64,000 bases of DNA. It comes from a virus. The stretch lies in IMG/VR virus record IMGVR_UViG_3300020474_000993; one strand, written 5' to 3'. Made by a program: the position numbers and the translations under genes. Positions 38,736-47,077 of this stretch are shown one piece after another. How positions within the stretch are numbered: position 1 is the first letter of the stretch; every line of letters starts with the position of its first letter. The notes beneath the pieces were generated by a model that worked only from the letters and a program-made list of their open reading frames with translations, had not been told where the DNA came from and made no database searches.

Positions 38736-39068
38736 ATGGGTATGATGCACATGGGTGGCAGTCTTCGATATGATATGTCTGGTCGTAAACGCAAGGCGTA
38801 CAAGAAGAACAACCCAAAATCGAAAAACACTTTCGTGACAAAGACTATGCAACCCCTAAAGATTGACCGTAGTCGCATTGAGGCAATGGAGGCGCATCGT
38901 AAGAAGTATCCTTCATTAGATACCTTGGGTGGTGGCAGTGGCACTAAGAATGACAAGTGGATACGAGAGAAACAAGAAATCTCATCTGGTTACACGGTTG
39001 CACCAGCATACAATAAAGGTGCCTACCAAGTAATCGGCAAATCCAATATAAAAGACATTGGAAAATAA
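38736..39068 (+). CDS. conserved T4-like hypothetical protein
   Basis: SGRKRK, YTVAPAYNKGAYQVI...IKDIG. Confidence 0.75.
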   Translation: MGMMHMGGSLRYDMSGRKRKAYKKNNPKSKNTFVTKTMQPLKIDRSRIEAMEAHRKKYPSLDTLGGGSGTKNDKWIREKQEISSGYTVAPAYNKGAYQVIGKSNIKDIGK

Positions 39069-39081
39069 TTGAAAAAAACAC

Positions 39082-39110
39082 TTGACATTTGCAAAAAAGA
39101 TCAGTATAAT
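39082..39110 (+). promoter_or_regulatory. consensus sigma70 promoter
   Basis: TTGACA-17-TATAAT. Confidence 0.8.
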
Positions 39111-39123
39111 AGTTGTTAATGGT

Positions 39124-39131
39124 TATAAATA
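39124..39131 (+). promoter_or_regulatory. T4-type late promoter TATAAATA
   Basis: Exact consensus ending 5 nt before the tRNA 5' end. Confidence 0.7.
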
Positions 39132-39136
39132 AGCAT

Positions 39137-39206
39137 GCGGTGGACGGTATTCGTACAATCCGTTTCCAACGGACAAGGTTAGGTGAGACTCCTAGACGCC
39201 GCTCCA
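39137..39206 (+). tRNA. atypical tRNA-Gly(TCC), 70 nt
   Basis: Acceptor GCGGTG/CGCCGC, U73 and encoded CCA; anticodon loop TT-TCC-AA; T arm TTAGG-TGAGACT-CCTAG; minimal D arm GTA-TTCG-TAC. Confidence 0.75.
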
Positions 39207-39211
39207 ATTAT

Positions 39212-39440
39212 ACAGTTGTAGTCCTAGGCAAAGACTCCATCCTGTCACAAGTTAAACTGCCTCGACTGAATGACGGTACTATAAGTACAATGCAGAGTAG
39301 GTCGTTAAACCATAAGGAGCCCTGAGCAGTGGCGCTAGGTAACACACAGACCGAAAAAGGCTCAGTCCATCGACTACAGAGGTCAGTGATGCCCTCGCAT
39401 ACAAAGATGGACGCAAGGGAGCTGGGCACCTCTCTGTATT
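39212..39440 (+). ncRNA. candidate structured RNA downstream of tRNA
   Basis: Helices tgtagtc/gactaca, ctgagc/gctcag, gtact/agtac, tacagag/ctctgta; no credible ORF. Confidence 0.5.
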
Positions 39441-39470
39441 TAAACTGCCCACTATTAATGGAGTTGTACA

Positions 39471-39614
39471 ATGAAATACATTAGTATTTTTATCGTGTGT
39501 TTAATGATTTCGGCATGTTCTAGTAGGATAACACTTACCGCTGACACTGCCAAAGGTCAAGATTTGGATGTCACAATCAGAACATCTCAATCAGGCACAC
39601 CGACAGTAGATTGA
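39471..39614 (+). CDS. 47-aa lipoprotein
   Basis: GGAG RBS; MKYISIFIVCLMISA-C lipobox. Confidence 0.65.
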   Translation: MKYISIFIVCLMISACSSRITLTADTAKGQDLDVTIRTSQSGTPTVD

Positions 39615-39688
39615 AAAGTTATAGAGAAAGATAATAAAGTCTGTCTGTCATATGCACCGAACTTTTGTTACGATGCATCGAAATAGAA

Positions 39689-40050
39689 TTTGTGGGTGGT
39701 TAACATTTGTTAACTTTTATTTGAAAGAAAACGGAGTATAGTATGAAAAAAACTTCACAAGCAACAAAGGTAATTTCTGCCTTAGAGTCTACAGACAATG
39801 GTCTTACGGCTAATGAAATGAAAAATAGGTTTGGCGTAGTTAATGCGAGAGCATTAGTGACACACCTTCGACAGAACGGTTTCGCCATTTATTTAAACAA
39901 AACCCCAAAGTACACTGACCGTAATGGTAATGTACGCAAAGGTGTCTCACGATATCGTTTGGGCACACCGTCTAGGGCAATTATTGCTGCTGGATACAAA
40001 GCTCTGGCTGCATCTAGCTAGAGTTAATTGAACCGTTAACTACCCACAAA
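39689..40050. repeat. imperfect inverted repeat bracketing ORF 39743-40021
   Basis: tttgtgggtggttaac (39689-39704) vs gttaactacccacaaa (40035-40050): 15 Watson-Crick pairs + 1 G-U, extended by ttaact/agttaa. Confidence 0.8.
39743..40021 (+). CDS. winged-HTH DNA-binding protein conserved in T4-like phages
   Basis: LT..E...RFG..N.RA....LR..GF.IY.N...YRLGTPSR.IIAAGY. Confidence 0.75.
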   Translation: MKKTSQATKVISALESTDNGLTANEMKNRFGVVNARALVTHLRQNGFAIYLNKTPKYTDRNGNVRKGVSRYRLGTPSRAIIAAGYKALAASS

Positions 40051-40057
40051 TATTCGG

Positions 40058-40090
40058 AAAAAGGGGCGTCTTGCGATGCCCCTTTTTTTT
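40058..40090. terminator. bidirectional intrinsic terminator
   Basis: A-run, ggggcgtc-ttgc-gatgcccc, T-run, between convergent genes. Confidence 0.85.
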
Positions 40091-40093
40091 AGC

Positions 40094-40264
40094 TTACACG
40101 CTCCACTTAGAACCGCGATAGATTCCAGATGTAGCAGGAATCCATTGCTCTCTTAGAGTGGGATTATGTTTGACGCCACGATATAACATCTCTTGAGACT
40201 CAATTGTCTTATGAGTTATAGTTCCGTTATATTTAACGCCTCTGTAGTTTAGCTGTGTAGTCAT
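40094..40264 (-). CDS. DUF4278-like YRG-repeat peptide (56 aa)
   Basis: MTTQLNYRGVKY...LYRGVKH...IYRGSKW; AGGAGG RBS; not in ORF track. Confidence 0.85.
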   Translation of the reverse strand: MTTQLNYRGVKYNGTITHKTIESQEMLYRGVKHNPTLREQWIPATSGIYRGSKWSV

Positions 40265-40286
40265 TTAACACCTCCTGTATTAAGAG

Positions 40287-40357
40287 ATGCGTTCCTTCGG
40301 CGGAATTGCCTACTTCCGTCCACCGCTACATTTAGGGTGGATGAACGAATGTAGTCT
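40287..40357 (-). promoter_or_regulatory. glutamine riboswitch (glnA / Downstream-peptide family)
   Basis: CGTTCATCC...GGACGGAAGTAGG...CCGAAGGAACGC; upstream ctacatt can pair with loop aatgtag; sits in the 5' UTR of the YRG peptide. Confidence 0.85.
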
Positions 40358-40396
40358 TTTCACCCATGACTTATGGAGTACCGATTGGTACAGTAT

Positions 40397-40404
40397 TATT
40401 TATA
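40397..40404 (-). promoter_or_regulatory. T4-type late promoter TATAAATA
   Basis: Exact consensus on minus strand upstream of riboswitch. Confidence 0.7.
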
Positions 40405-41808
40405 CTAACTTATCTTCACAAAGAAAGAAGATTGGTCAACATCTGAACTCGCGTATCTAAACATCTTTGTTATAAGGTCATGTTGTTTTGCCTTACTTGT
40501 ACCAGTTGATGCAAATGCTTCTATGAACATTAGACAGATAGACTTAGACATTCTAAAGTTGTCACCTTGTTCGTGGTTTGCCCACTCTTGTAGAAAGACC
40601 TTTTCCGATACTAGGTCTATTGATGGTTTACTTTTGGAGTTATGTTTCTTGTAAAGTTGATATGCCTTTGATGGCCACTTCTTATCCGTCTTGATAGAAG
40701 ATAGAAATGCTTTTTCAGAACCTTTACCATTGTAAATGTCATTATTGAATATTTGTTTACAGTAGAAGTCTACATTACCTCCACCTATCTTACCACCAGC
40801 TGCAGAACCGCCTTTTATCTCACCCTGCCATGAAGTGTCGCCACCAAATGTTCTGAATTGTATCTCACCACCATTAGTATCTATGTAGATGTCTTGAGAA
40901 CTAAAGAAGTCCCCAGTTTTACCGAACTTGAAACTACCGTATGTAAATGTATCTCTGTTCGCTATTTGTTTCGGGGTATTGAACTCTTTCGCGGTTGCAG
41001 GCGAACCCTTACCTAGTTTCTTGAGTGATATACCAAGAAGTTTACCCGCCTTTGCGAGTCTCATTACTTCTGCTTGCAAGTCTCCCCAACTAGATGTGCT
41101 TTCTGATAAAGGGGTTTCTAAAGAACCAAATGTAGTTGCCCATATATCGCCTGGGTTCCATTTGTCATGTGAAAATGAACCTGGCGCTTGTGGGTTATCT
41201 GACGCTTTATCTATCTTATGACATTCTGCCTTGGCATCATATAGTCCTTTCATGAAAGGTGACCCTCTATGGAAATGTACTTTTCCGTTTTTGGTCATTC
41301 TCCTACCATACTTTTCCCAAAGTTTATTTGCAGTCTTTATATAAACATCCGTTTCAATCCAATCAGCAGGCCCTTTGTTTAGACAGTCTTGTAATCCATG
41401 TGATGTGTGGGCGAACTCTGATGCGGATTTAAGTTGTGCTGGGGATACGGATGCACATGTTGACTTCTTTATATTGAATACATACGCATTATAAAAACAC
41501 TGTAGTGATTCGGTACGGTCTGTATCCGCTGACCCACCACCAGAACCACCACCGCCACCAAAGTCTTTATCTTTGAATACCTGTGCTCGTCTTGCTTCTA
41601 CCGTTTTCTTTGAGTTGTTTTTATATGTAAGTATTTCGGTTTTTCTATCATAAGATATGCCGATTACTTTTGTGCCGGATGCAGATGACCCTATGACAAA
41701 TGGTTTTTTGTCTTTTATCTTTAAGTCGAATATGTCTAACCGCGTGTTACCAGCGTAATCGCCAGCGGAAGACTTCTTTCGCATATCATCTGCTGATAGT
41801 GTGGGCAT
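40405..41808 (-). CDS. PD-(D/E)XK-like nuclease-fold hypothetical protein
   Basis: TESLQC, DKWNPGDIW, GISLKK. Confidence 0.5.
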   Translation of the reverse strand: MPTLSADDMRKKSSAGDYAGNTRLDIFDLKIKDKKPFVIGSSASGTKVIGISYDRKTEILTYKNNSKKTVEARRAQVFKDKDFGGGGGSGGGSADTDRTESLQCFYNAYVFNIKKSTCASVSPAQLKSASEFAHTSHGLQDCLNKGPADWIETDVYIKTANKLWEKYGRRMTKNGKVHFHRGSPFMKGLYDAKAECHKIDKASDNPQAPGSFSHDKWNPGDIWATTFGSLETPLSESTSSWGDLQAEVMRLAKAGKLLGISLKKLGKGSPATAKEFNTPKQIANRDTFTYGSFKFGKTGDFFSSQDIYIDTNGGEIQFRTFGGDTSWQGEIKGGSAAGGKIGGGNVDFYCKQIFNNDIYNGKGSEKAFLSSIKTDKKWPSKAYQLYKKHNSKSKPSIDLVSEKVFLQEWANHEQGDNFRMSKSICLMFIEAFASTGTSKAKQHDLITKMFRYASSDVDQSSFFVKIS

Positions 41809-41809
41809 T

Positions 41810-41968
41810 TTATCTCCCCTGTCCCCTATATTTTTTGTAAGACCTTTTTTTGTTTTTGTTCATCGTGGAAGTATTAATCTTCACACTACGCCCTCGCCCA
41901 CCGATACCTTGAGATGTACCCTTTTTAGTCGGTTCATGTACATGTACCGCGCTCCATTTTCTAGCCAT
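41810..41968 (-). CDS. 52-aa basic protein conserved in T4-like phages
   Basis: K.TSQG.G...MNK.KKRS.KKYRGQG; GGAG RBS; not in ORF track. Confidence 0.8.
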   Translation of the reverse strand: MARKWSAVHVHEPTKKGTSQGIGGRGRSVKINTSTMNKNKKRSYKKYRGQGR

Positions 41969-41985
41969 TCATTTCTCCATTATAA

Positions 41986-42426
41986 CTATTGCGTGTTAGA
42001 CAACGGATTTTCAAGCGCCTCTTCAATCTGTGTTCGTATAGATTTTCTGATTTCAATAAGTTCCTTACTGGTATCTCTTTCAAGTTCATATAGTCTCTTA
42101 TCGGACGCTCTAACATCCGAGAACAGAGATTGCATATCTCCGTCTATTCTATTTATAGACTCTCTGGATAGACTTGTTATGGACTCTTGCGCCGCTAAAG
42201 TAGTGTTCTGAGACTCAATTCTTTCTTCTAGGATTGATATTCTCTCTTCTATACCCGACAAATCTGGTGCTTCATATGTCCCTATAGCTTCTTGCATGTC
42301 TTGATAAGTCTTATAGACCTCAAATGCACCATACAGGGAACCAATTAGTGTAGCAAGTGCAGTTAAGACCATAAAAAGTCTCCCACCCTTTATTTTTATT
42401 CCACCAACATCTATTTCTGTGCTCAT
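41986..42426 (-). CDS. TM-anchored coiled-coil protein
   Basis: N-terminal TM, YEAPDLS, heptads, ALENPL C-terminus. Confidence 0.7.
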   Translation of the reverse strand: MSTEIDVGGIKIKGGRLFMVLTALATLIGSLYGAFEVYKTYQDMQEAIGTYEAPDLSGIEERISILEERIESQNTTLAAQESITSLSRESINRIDGDMQSLFSDVRASDKRLYELERDTSKELIEIRKSIRTQIEEALENPLSNTQ

Positions 42427-44621
42427 TCGTACTGACTCCTAATCATTTTACGGATAGTTCCGTGATTACTCTTAGACAAATTGTACATCAATCGTGCGTT
42501 ATCGTCAAGTCTATTTTCATAAACAATGTAGTTGACATTATAGAAGTCTCCATCTGATAGACTTGTTTCGTAATATGAACCCAAATCTATAGAACTTTGA
42601 AGTGAAACGATTGCTTGCGTTTGTCCCGAAGCAACTTTGTTGGAATTTTCCATCTTTTGTTGTGCCACTCTTTCTGAAATAACCTCGGCAAGAGATTTTT
42701 GTGGCGTTTCTTGCTTTGGTTGTACCGTCACTGTCTCTACTGGAATAATTGTTACACCCACAACTGGGTTTCCTGTAGAGAGTAAATTATTTTCTATCTC
42801 CATTTGCATTTGTTCTGACTGTGTATCTACTGACATATCTTGTGTTTCTAAAGTTTCTACTGTAATTCCACTCATACTTGAGAAAAGTTGTGTGTCTGCA
42901 CTAAAAAATTGTTGGTTCATCGCGCTTACACTGTTTTGTGATGAGTAAGAAGCACTTTGTTGGTCGTTTTGAGCAGTTCCGATAGTTTGTGAAATCGTGC
43001 CTGGCCCAGAATCGGAAGCAAAATTTGATCCTCCCGATTGATTTTGACCACTTTCTTGTGACTGTCCACCACTATTACTACCTTTTGATGACTCTTGACT
43101 CATTGAAACTGCATTTTTACTCACTTTTAATGCATTTCTGGTCTGTGCCAACGCAATTCTTGTCGCAAGTGGTGAAGTTTTTGACTCAGTGGGGGTATCA
43201 CTGGTCTCTTCTACCGTTTCTTCCTCCAAAATAGTCTCTTCAAGTTCTTCTTCAATAAATTCTTCTTCAATTATCTCTTCAATCTCTTCTTCTGGTTCTA
43301 AAAAGTCCTCTTCAAACAATTCTTCAAAGATTTCTGGTTCTTCTTCAAATAATTCCTCAAGATACTCTTCAGTTTCCTCTACTGCAAGTTCAATTTCCTC
43401 CATTGGGCTGGTTTGAAGTTCCTCCGCGATAATTTCTGGAAGTTCATCAAGGGACAAGGCGAGAAAACTCTCGTCTTCGATGAACACGAGGTCAAAATCG
43501 GATGAGGCGAAAAGGTCGATTCCCTGTTCTTCCATAAAGAACTCTTCTGGAAGTCCTGTGAAGAATTCGTCTTCTTCCACCATGCCTCCGATTCCATCTT
43601 CTTCATCGATGTATCCGTACATTTGTTCTTCTTCTTCATCTGTGAACCAATCCTCCGTTTCTTCCATTTCTGCCAGTTGTTCTTCTATGAACGCTTCGTA
43701 ATATCCATCACATGTATCTGTATATAATGGGTCTAGGTCGCACTGTAAATCATTGTATGCATCTGTGTAACCATCACATTCAGTTGAATAGAATGAATCA
43801 CTATCACATTGTTGGTTGAAAAATGCATCTGCGTATCCAGTACATTGTTGGTCATATAGTGGATTTTGTGAACATTGTTGTGATAAGTATGCAGCCGCGT
43901 AACCATCACATTGTTGACTTGATAATGGGTCATATGCACAAGCTAAACCTTCACTTTGATATGCTTTAGTCCCAGCATTTCCTGCCGCTGTACCGTAGAT
44001 GTAATTAGTTTGGTTTGACTTGGCATAGAATTCGTGTTGAACAAATTCGTCTTGTGTTAGGTCGCCCATTATACCTATGGTTATACTGTGATTGTTAATC
44101 TTCAAATCACCATACTCCATGGCGTAATCACCACTTGGTAATATTTCTAAACTGATATTATTTTCATGGTTCTTATTGTATTCTTCTATTCTATGCCACC
44201 AATATTTTGTTCCTGTTGTACCTGTCTTGGAATAGAATCCTCCATCATTATCTTTTTGTATTAGGTCTGTCCAGAAGGGTGCTATTGCAAAACTAAATTT
44301 TTGTTCATTGTTAGCAGCTATGTTTGCAATTTCCATTCCGTCACAACACCAACCCTTATTAGGCCAATTTTGTAAACCATATGTTGCTGGATTTCTAAAC
44401 ATGACAACACCGTTTGCCATCATGTAAGAAGTAGTAAAGGTCTCTCCATAGAAAGGAAAACTATGTCCTAGTGGCACAGTCGCGTAACAGTCATCACATA
44501 TACTATGAGAAGTCGCATCTGAAGGAGGCGCGGTATAGTCTGCAAACGCTGGCGCTGCTTGTAGTGCAAAGTATAATAATACTACTGCTACTCCCAACAT
44601 TGTACCTGTTATCTTTACCAT
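42423..44621 (-). CDS. secreted protein with NIDO-like domain, 22-aa Cys repeats and acidic linker
   Basis: Signal peptide; DD....VPLG.SFPFYG, IAPFWTDL; four C..(D/N)PL....C.GY repeats. Confidence 0.7.
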   Translation of the reverse strand: MVKITGTMLGVAVVLLYFALQAAPAFADYTAPPSDATSHSICDDCYATVPLGHSFPFYGETFTTSYMMANGVVMFRNPATYGLQNWPNKGWCCDGMEIANIAANNEQKFSFAIAPFWTDLIQKDNDGGFYSKTGTTGTKYWWHRIEEYNKNHENNISLEILPSGDYAMEYGDLKINNHSITIGIMGDLTQDEFVQHEFYAKSNQTNYIYGTAAGNAGTKAYQSEGLACAYDPLSSQQCDGYAAAYLSQQCSQNPLYDQQCTGYADAFFNQQCDSDSFYSTECDGYTDAYNDLQCDLDPLYTDTCDGYYEAFIEEQLAEMEETEDWFTDEEEEQMYGYIDEEDGIGGMVEEDEFFTGLPEEFFMEEQGIDLFASSDFDLVFIEDESFLALSLDELPEIIAEELQTSPMEEIELAVEETEEYLEELFEEEPEIFEELFEEDFLEPEEEIEEIIEEEFIEEELEETILEEETVEETSDTPTESKTSPLATRIALAQTRNALKVSKNAVSMSQESSKGSNSGGQSQESGQNQSGGSNFASDSGPGTISQTIGTAQNDQQSASYSSQNSVSAMNQQFFSADTQLFSSMSGITVETLETQDMSVDTQSEQMQMEIENNLLSTGNPVVGVTIIPVETVTVQPKQETPQKSLAEVISERVAQQKMENSNKVASGQTQAIVSLQSSIDLGSYYETSLSDGDFYNVNYIVYENRLDDNARLMYNLSKSNHGTIRKMIRSQYE

Positions 44622-45082
44622 ATTTTTATTATCATGAAAGTAAATAAGAATGTTGTAACTATAGCACCACCAGCAATTCCCATAATTTGCAATGTTGCCA
44701 TAGTTTGTTTTCTTGATGCTCTTTTTTCTCTTATTATTCTTTCTTCCTCTTCCCTTTCTTCTCTAATTCTATCTGCTCTTAGTTTTAATATTTCTTGCCA
44801 AGTACCAAAACCAAATCTGTAGTCAATAAGGTTTTTCATTTCTTCAATTTGTTCGTTAGCCAACTTTGCATCAATTACGGCATGGGCCGCACTTTTGTGC
44901 TGACCCATCATAGTCTTGTTTCCCCACCTATCTTTATTGATTTGTTGTTGACCGTTTAATGCATTGTCAACCATATCAAAAATTTGACTTATGTCTTGAG
45001 CAGTATTAATATTTCGTTTTATAAACTCCACACTCTGTTGTACTAAAGCAATTCCCGCCAATGCGGTTGATACTGGTTCCAT
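44615..45082 (-). CDS. helical protein with C-terminal TM
   Basis: MEP.S.ALAG, RFG.GTWQEI...R. Confidence 0.7.
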   Translation of the reverse strand: MEPVSTALAGIALVQQSVEFIKRNINTAQDISQIFDMVDNALNGQQQINKDRWGNKTMMGQHKSAAHAVIDAKLANEQIEEMKNLIDYRFGFGTWQEILKLRADRIREEREEEERIIREKRASRKQTMATLQIMGIAGGAIVTTFLFTFMIIKIW

Positions 45083-45093
45083 GTTGGATATCC

Positions 45094-46209
45094 TTATTCT
45101 TCATTTTTACATATATCCTCATTTGGATTCACAGAACAGAAGTCTTCTTTTCGATGTACTCTATATTCTACTTCCTCACCTTTATCATTTCTATACATAC
45201 CAGTAACACCATCCTGTGCAATGAGGGCCTCTTCTGGTGCCAAGTCTGGTTGCACTTCCCATGCAGTTAGAGCTTCGTCACCAATTTTACCTCTGAACGG
45301 GCAGGGCGTGCCGGCCATGAGCATCGCATTGAATACGCGAGCATCTTGGCACATCAAAGATACAGCAGCCACCTTCATCCCCATGTCATATAAGCCACGG
45401 CTTAATTTAATCCTTTCGCAGTTTTCATCTCGTACTGTTTTACCAGCACTAATACCAAACACTTGTGTTTGTACCGCACCACCAACACCAGTTGTACACA
45501 AATCCTGTGAATAAGACCCACCTATTGCCGGCGCAATCGCACTTGGAGGCGGCGACTTTATCTCTTGTGTAATCTTCTGGTTTGAGTTATTCGTATTTAC
45601 ATTTTCATTCCTGTTATTTGATGTAACATTAGAATCACTTGTTGAAGTATTATTATTGTTGTTGGTATTGGTATTATCAGTCGTAGTATTATTAGTAATA
45701 TTACTATTGTTATTGCTTGTGCTATTGGAAGTAACATTACTAGTATTATTATTAGTATTTGTTTGGTTTACCGTCTGATTAACAGTACTATTGTTATTGT
45801 TAGTATTGGTGTTATTACTAGTACTATTAATCGTATTATTATTAGTGTTGATATTAGTGTTAGTGCTAGTGCCAGTATAAGTTGTATTGTTATTATTGTT
45901 GTTGGTATTGGTACTAGTCCCAGTATATGTGGTCGTATTTACATTGGTGTTGGAATTGGTATTATTATTCGTATTCGTGCCAGTGTAAGTAGTGGCATTA
46001 GTGTTATTATTCGTATTAGTATTGGTATTTGTGCCAGTGTAATTAGTCGTGTTGTTATTGGTGTTAGCGTTGGTGTTCGTGTTGTTAGTAGTGCTATTGA
46101 CAGTACTTGTAGTAGTTGTGGTAACCTCGCTAGTAGTATCTGTAGCAAAAGCTTGGCCCGCTATCATAAGACCGCCCAATATCAAGCAGACATGTCTCGT
46201 AAATCTCAT
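45094..46209 (-). CDS. secreted Asn/Thr-rich repeat protein with Cys-containing C-terminal domain
   Basis: Signal peptide; TTYTGT(N/S)TN repeats; PPSAIAP, D.NCERIK, GMKVAAV..MCQD, AGTPCP. Confidence 0.75.
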   Translation of the reverse strand: MRFTRHVCLILGGLMIAGQAFATDTTSEVTTTTTSTVNSTTNNTNTNANTNNNTTNYTGTNTNTNTNNNTNATTYTGTNTNNNTNSNTNVNTTTYTGTSTNTNNNNNNTTYTGTSTNTNINTNNNTINSTSNNTNTNNNNSTVNQTVNQTNTNNNTSNVTSNSTSNNNSNITNNTTTDNTNTNNNNNTSTSDSNVTSNNRNENVNTNNSNQKITQEIKSPPPSAIAPAIGGSYSQDLCTTGVGGAVQTQVFGISAGKTVRDENCERIKLSRGLYDMGMKVAAVSLMCQDARVFNAMLMAGTPCPFRGKIGDEALTAWEVQPDLAPEEALIAQDGVTGMYRNDKGEEVEYRVHRKEDFCSVNPNEDICKNEE

Positions 46210-46263
46210 TTTTCTCCTCTCTGTGGAATGTTAAACAAACCATTACCAAACTAAGGAATTCGC

Positions 46264-46343
46264 TTGACTTCCTCTCTCAATTATGTTATAGTATGTAACT
46301 ATAGCCGTATTTATATCCGGCGCTCCGTTTGGCAATATAAATA
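46264..46343. promoter_or_regulatory. divergent promoter region: late promoters on - (46308-46315) and + (46336-46343), plus sigma70-like TTGACT-17-TATAGT (+)
   Basis: Two back-to-back TATAAATA. Confidence 0.75.
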
Positions 46344-46348
46344 TTGTT

Positions 46349-47077
46349 ATGATGAAGATAATTGACAAAATTTTAAGACCAACACCAACCAGTTTACTGG
46401 TTGGCCAGACTATTGCTCAGATTTCAGTAATTCCAATGTTTTTTATTGGTACACCTGTAACTTGGGCGATTTGTGCATTTATGTACTTTGGAATTATGAC
46501 TTTTGGTATCACAATGGGGTATCATCGATACTGGAGTCACTATAGTTTCAAATGTTCTAAATGGCTGGAATATGTTATGATGTTTTTTGCCCATATTATG
46601 ATGGTTGGCCCCGCTTTAGCTTGGGTAGCACAACATAGAGAACATCATATACACGCGGATACAGATAAAGACCCACACTCACCAGAGTATCAAGGATTTA
46701 TTCGTTGTTATTACTCACAAGTGATGTCTTTACCTAAAATGTGGTATGTAAAGAAGGATTTGTTAAGGAATGAATTATGCAAGACACAACATCGATATTA
46801 CTGGCACTTTATATTACTGTTTGGAGTGTGTCTTTTTTTAATTGACCCATATGCAGTGATATACGCTTGGTTGGCTCCTGCTGGATTTGCTAAATTGATA
46901 GGGTCGTTGGTTTTTATTCATTCACATAGAGGTGGTAAACCTAGAAGTGATTATTGGTTGGGGTTAGTTACATTCGGTGAAGGGTTTCACGCGAAACATC
47001 ATGACGAACCTTGGAGTTGGGACTTTCATCCTTGGGATATAGGGGGAAAAATTATTCGGTTATTAAAAAATGCTTAA
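46349..47077 (+). CDS. fatty acid desaturase (delta-9/DesC-like)
   Basis: His boxes HRYWSH, HREHH, HAKHH; DTDKDPHSP; GEG.H. Confidence 0.9.
   Translation: MMKIIDKILRPTPTSLLVGQTIAQISVIPMFFIGTPVTWAICAFMYFGIMTFGITMGYHRYWSHYSFKCSKWLEYVMMFFAHIMMVGPALAWVAQHREHHIHADTDKDPHSPEYQGFIRCYYSQVMSLPKMWYVKKDLLRNELCKTQHRYYWHFILLFGVCLFLIDPYAVIYAWLAPAGFAKLIGSLVFIHSHRGGKPRSDYWLGLVTFGEGFHAKHHDEPWSWDFHPWDIGGKIIRLLKNA

Noticed and set aside
39137-39440. tmRNA (one- or two-piece) or c-di-GMP riboswitch interpretation
   Set aside because: The acceptor lacks G3-U70 and has a full Gly anticodon arm; no tag ORF; the GGCAAA and GGACGCAA fragments are ~180 nt apart without the GEMM architecture
39113-39471. ORFs 39113-39325 (+) and 39208-39471 (-)
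   Set aside because: They overlap the tRNA and structured RNA and lack RBS or protein-like features
41801-43701. Plus-strand ORFs within the minus-strand module
   Set aside because: Antisense shadows of well-supported genes
45590-46130. Low-complexity repeats as a CRISPR array or microsatellite; plus-strand ORFs 45763 and 46049
   Set aside because: The repeats are the in-frame Asn/Thr coding tract of the minus-strand gene; there is no repeat-spacer structure
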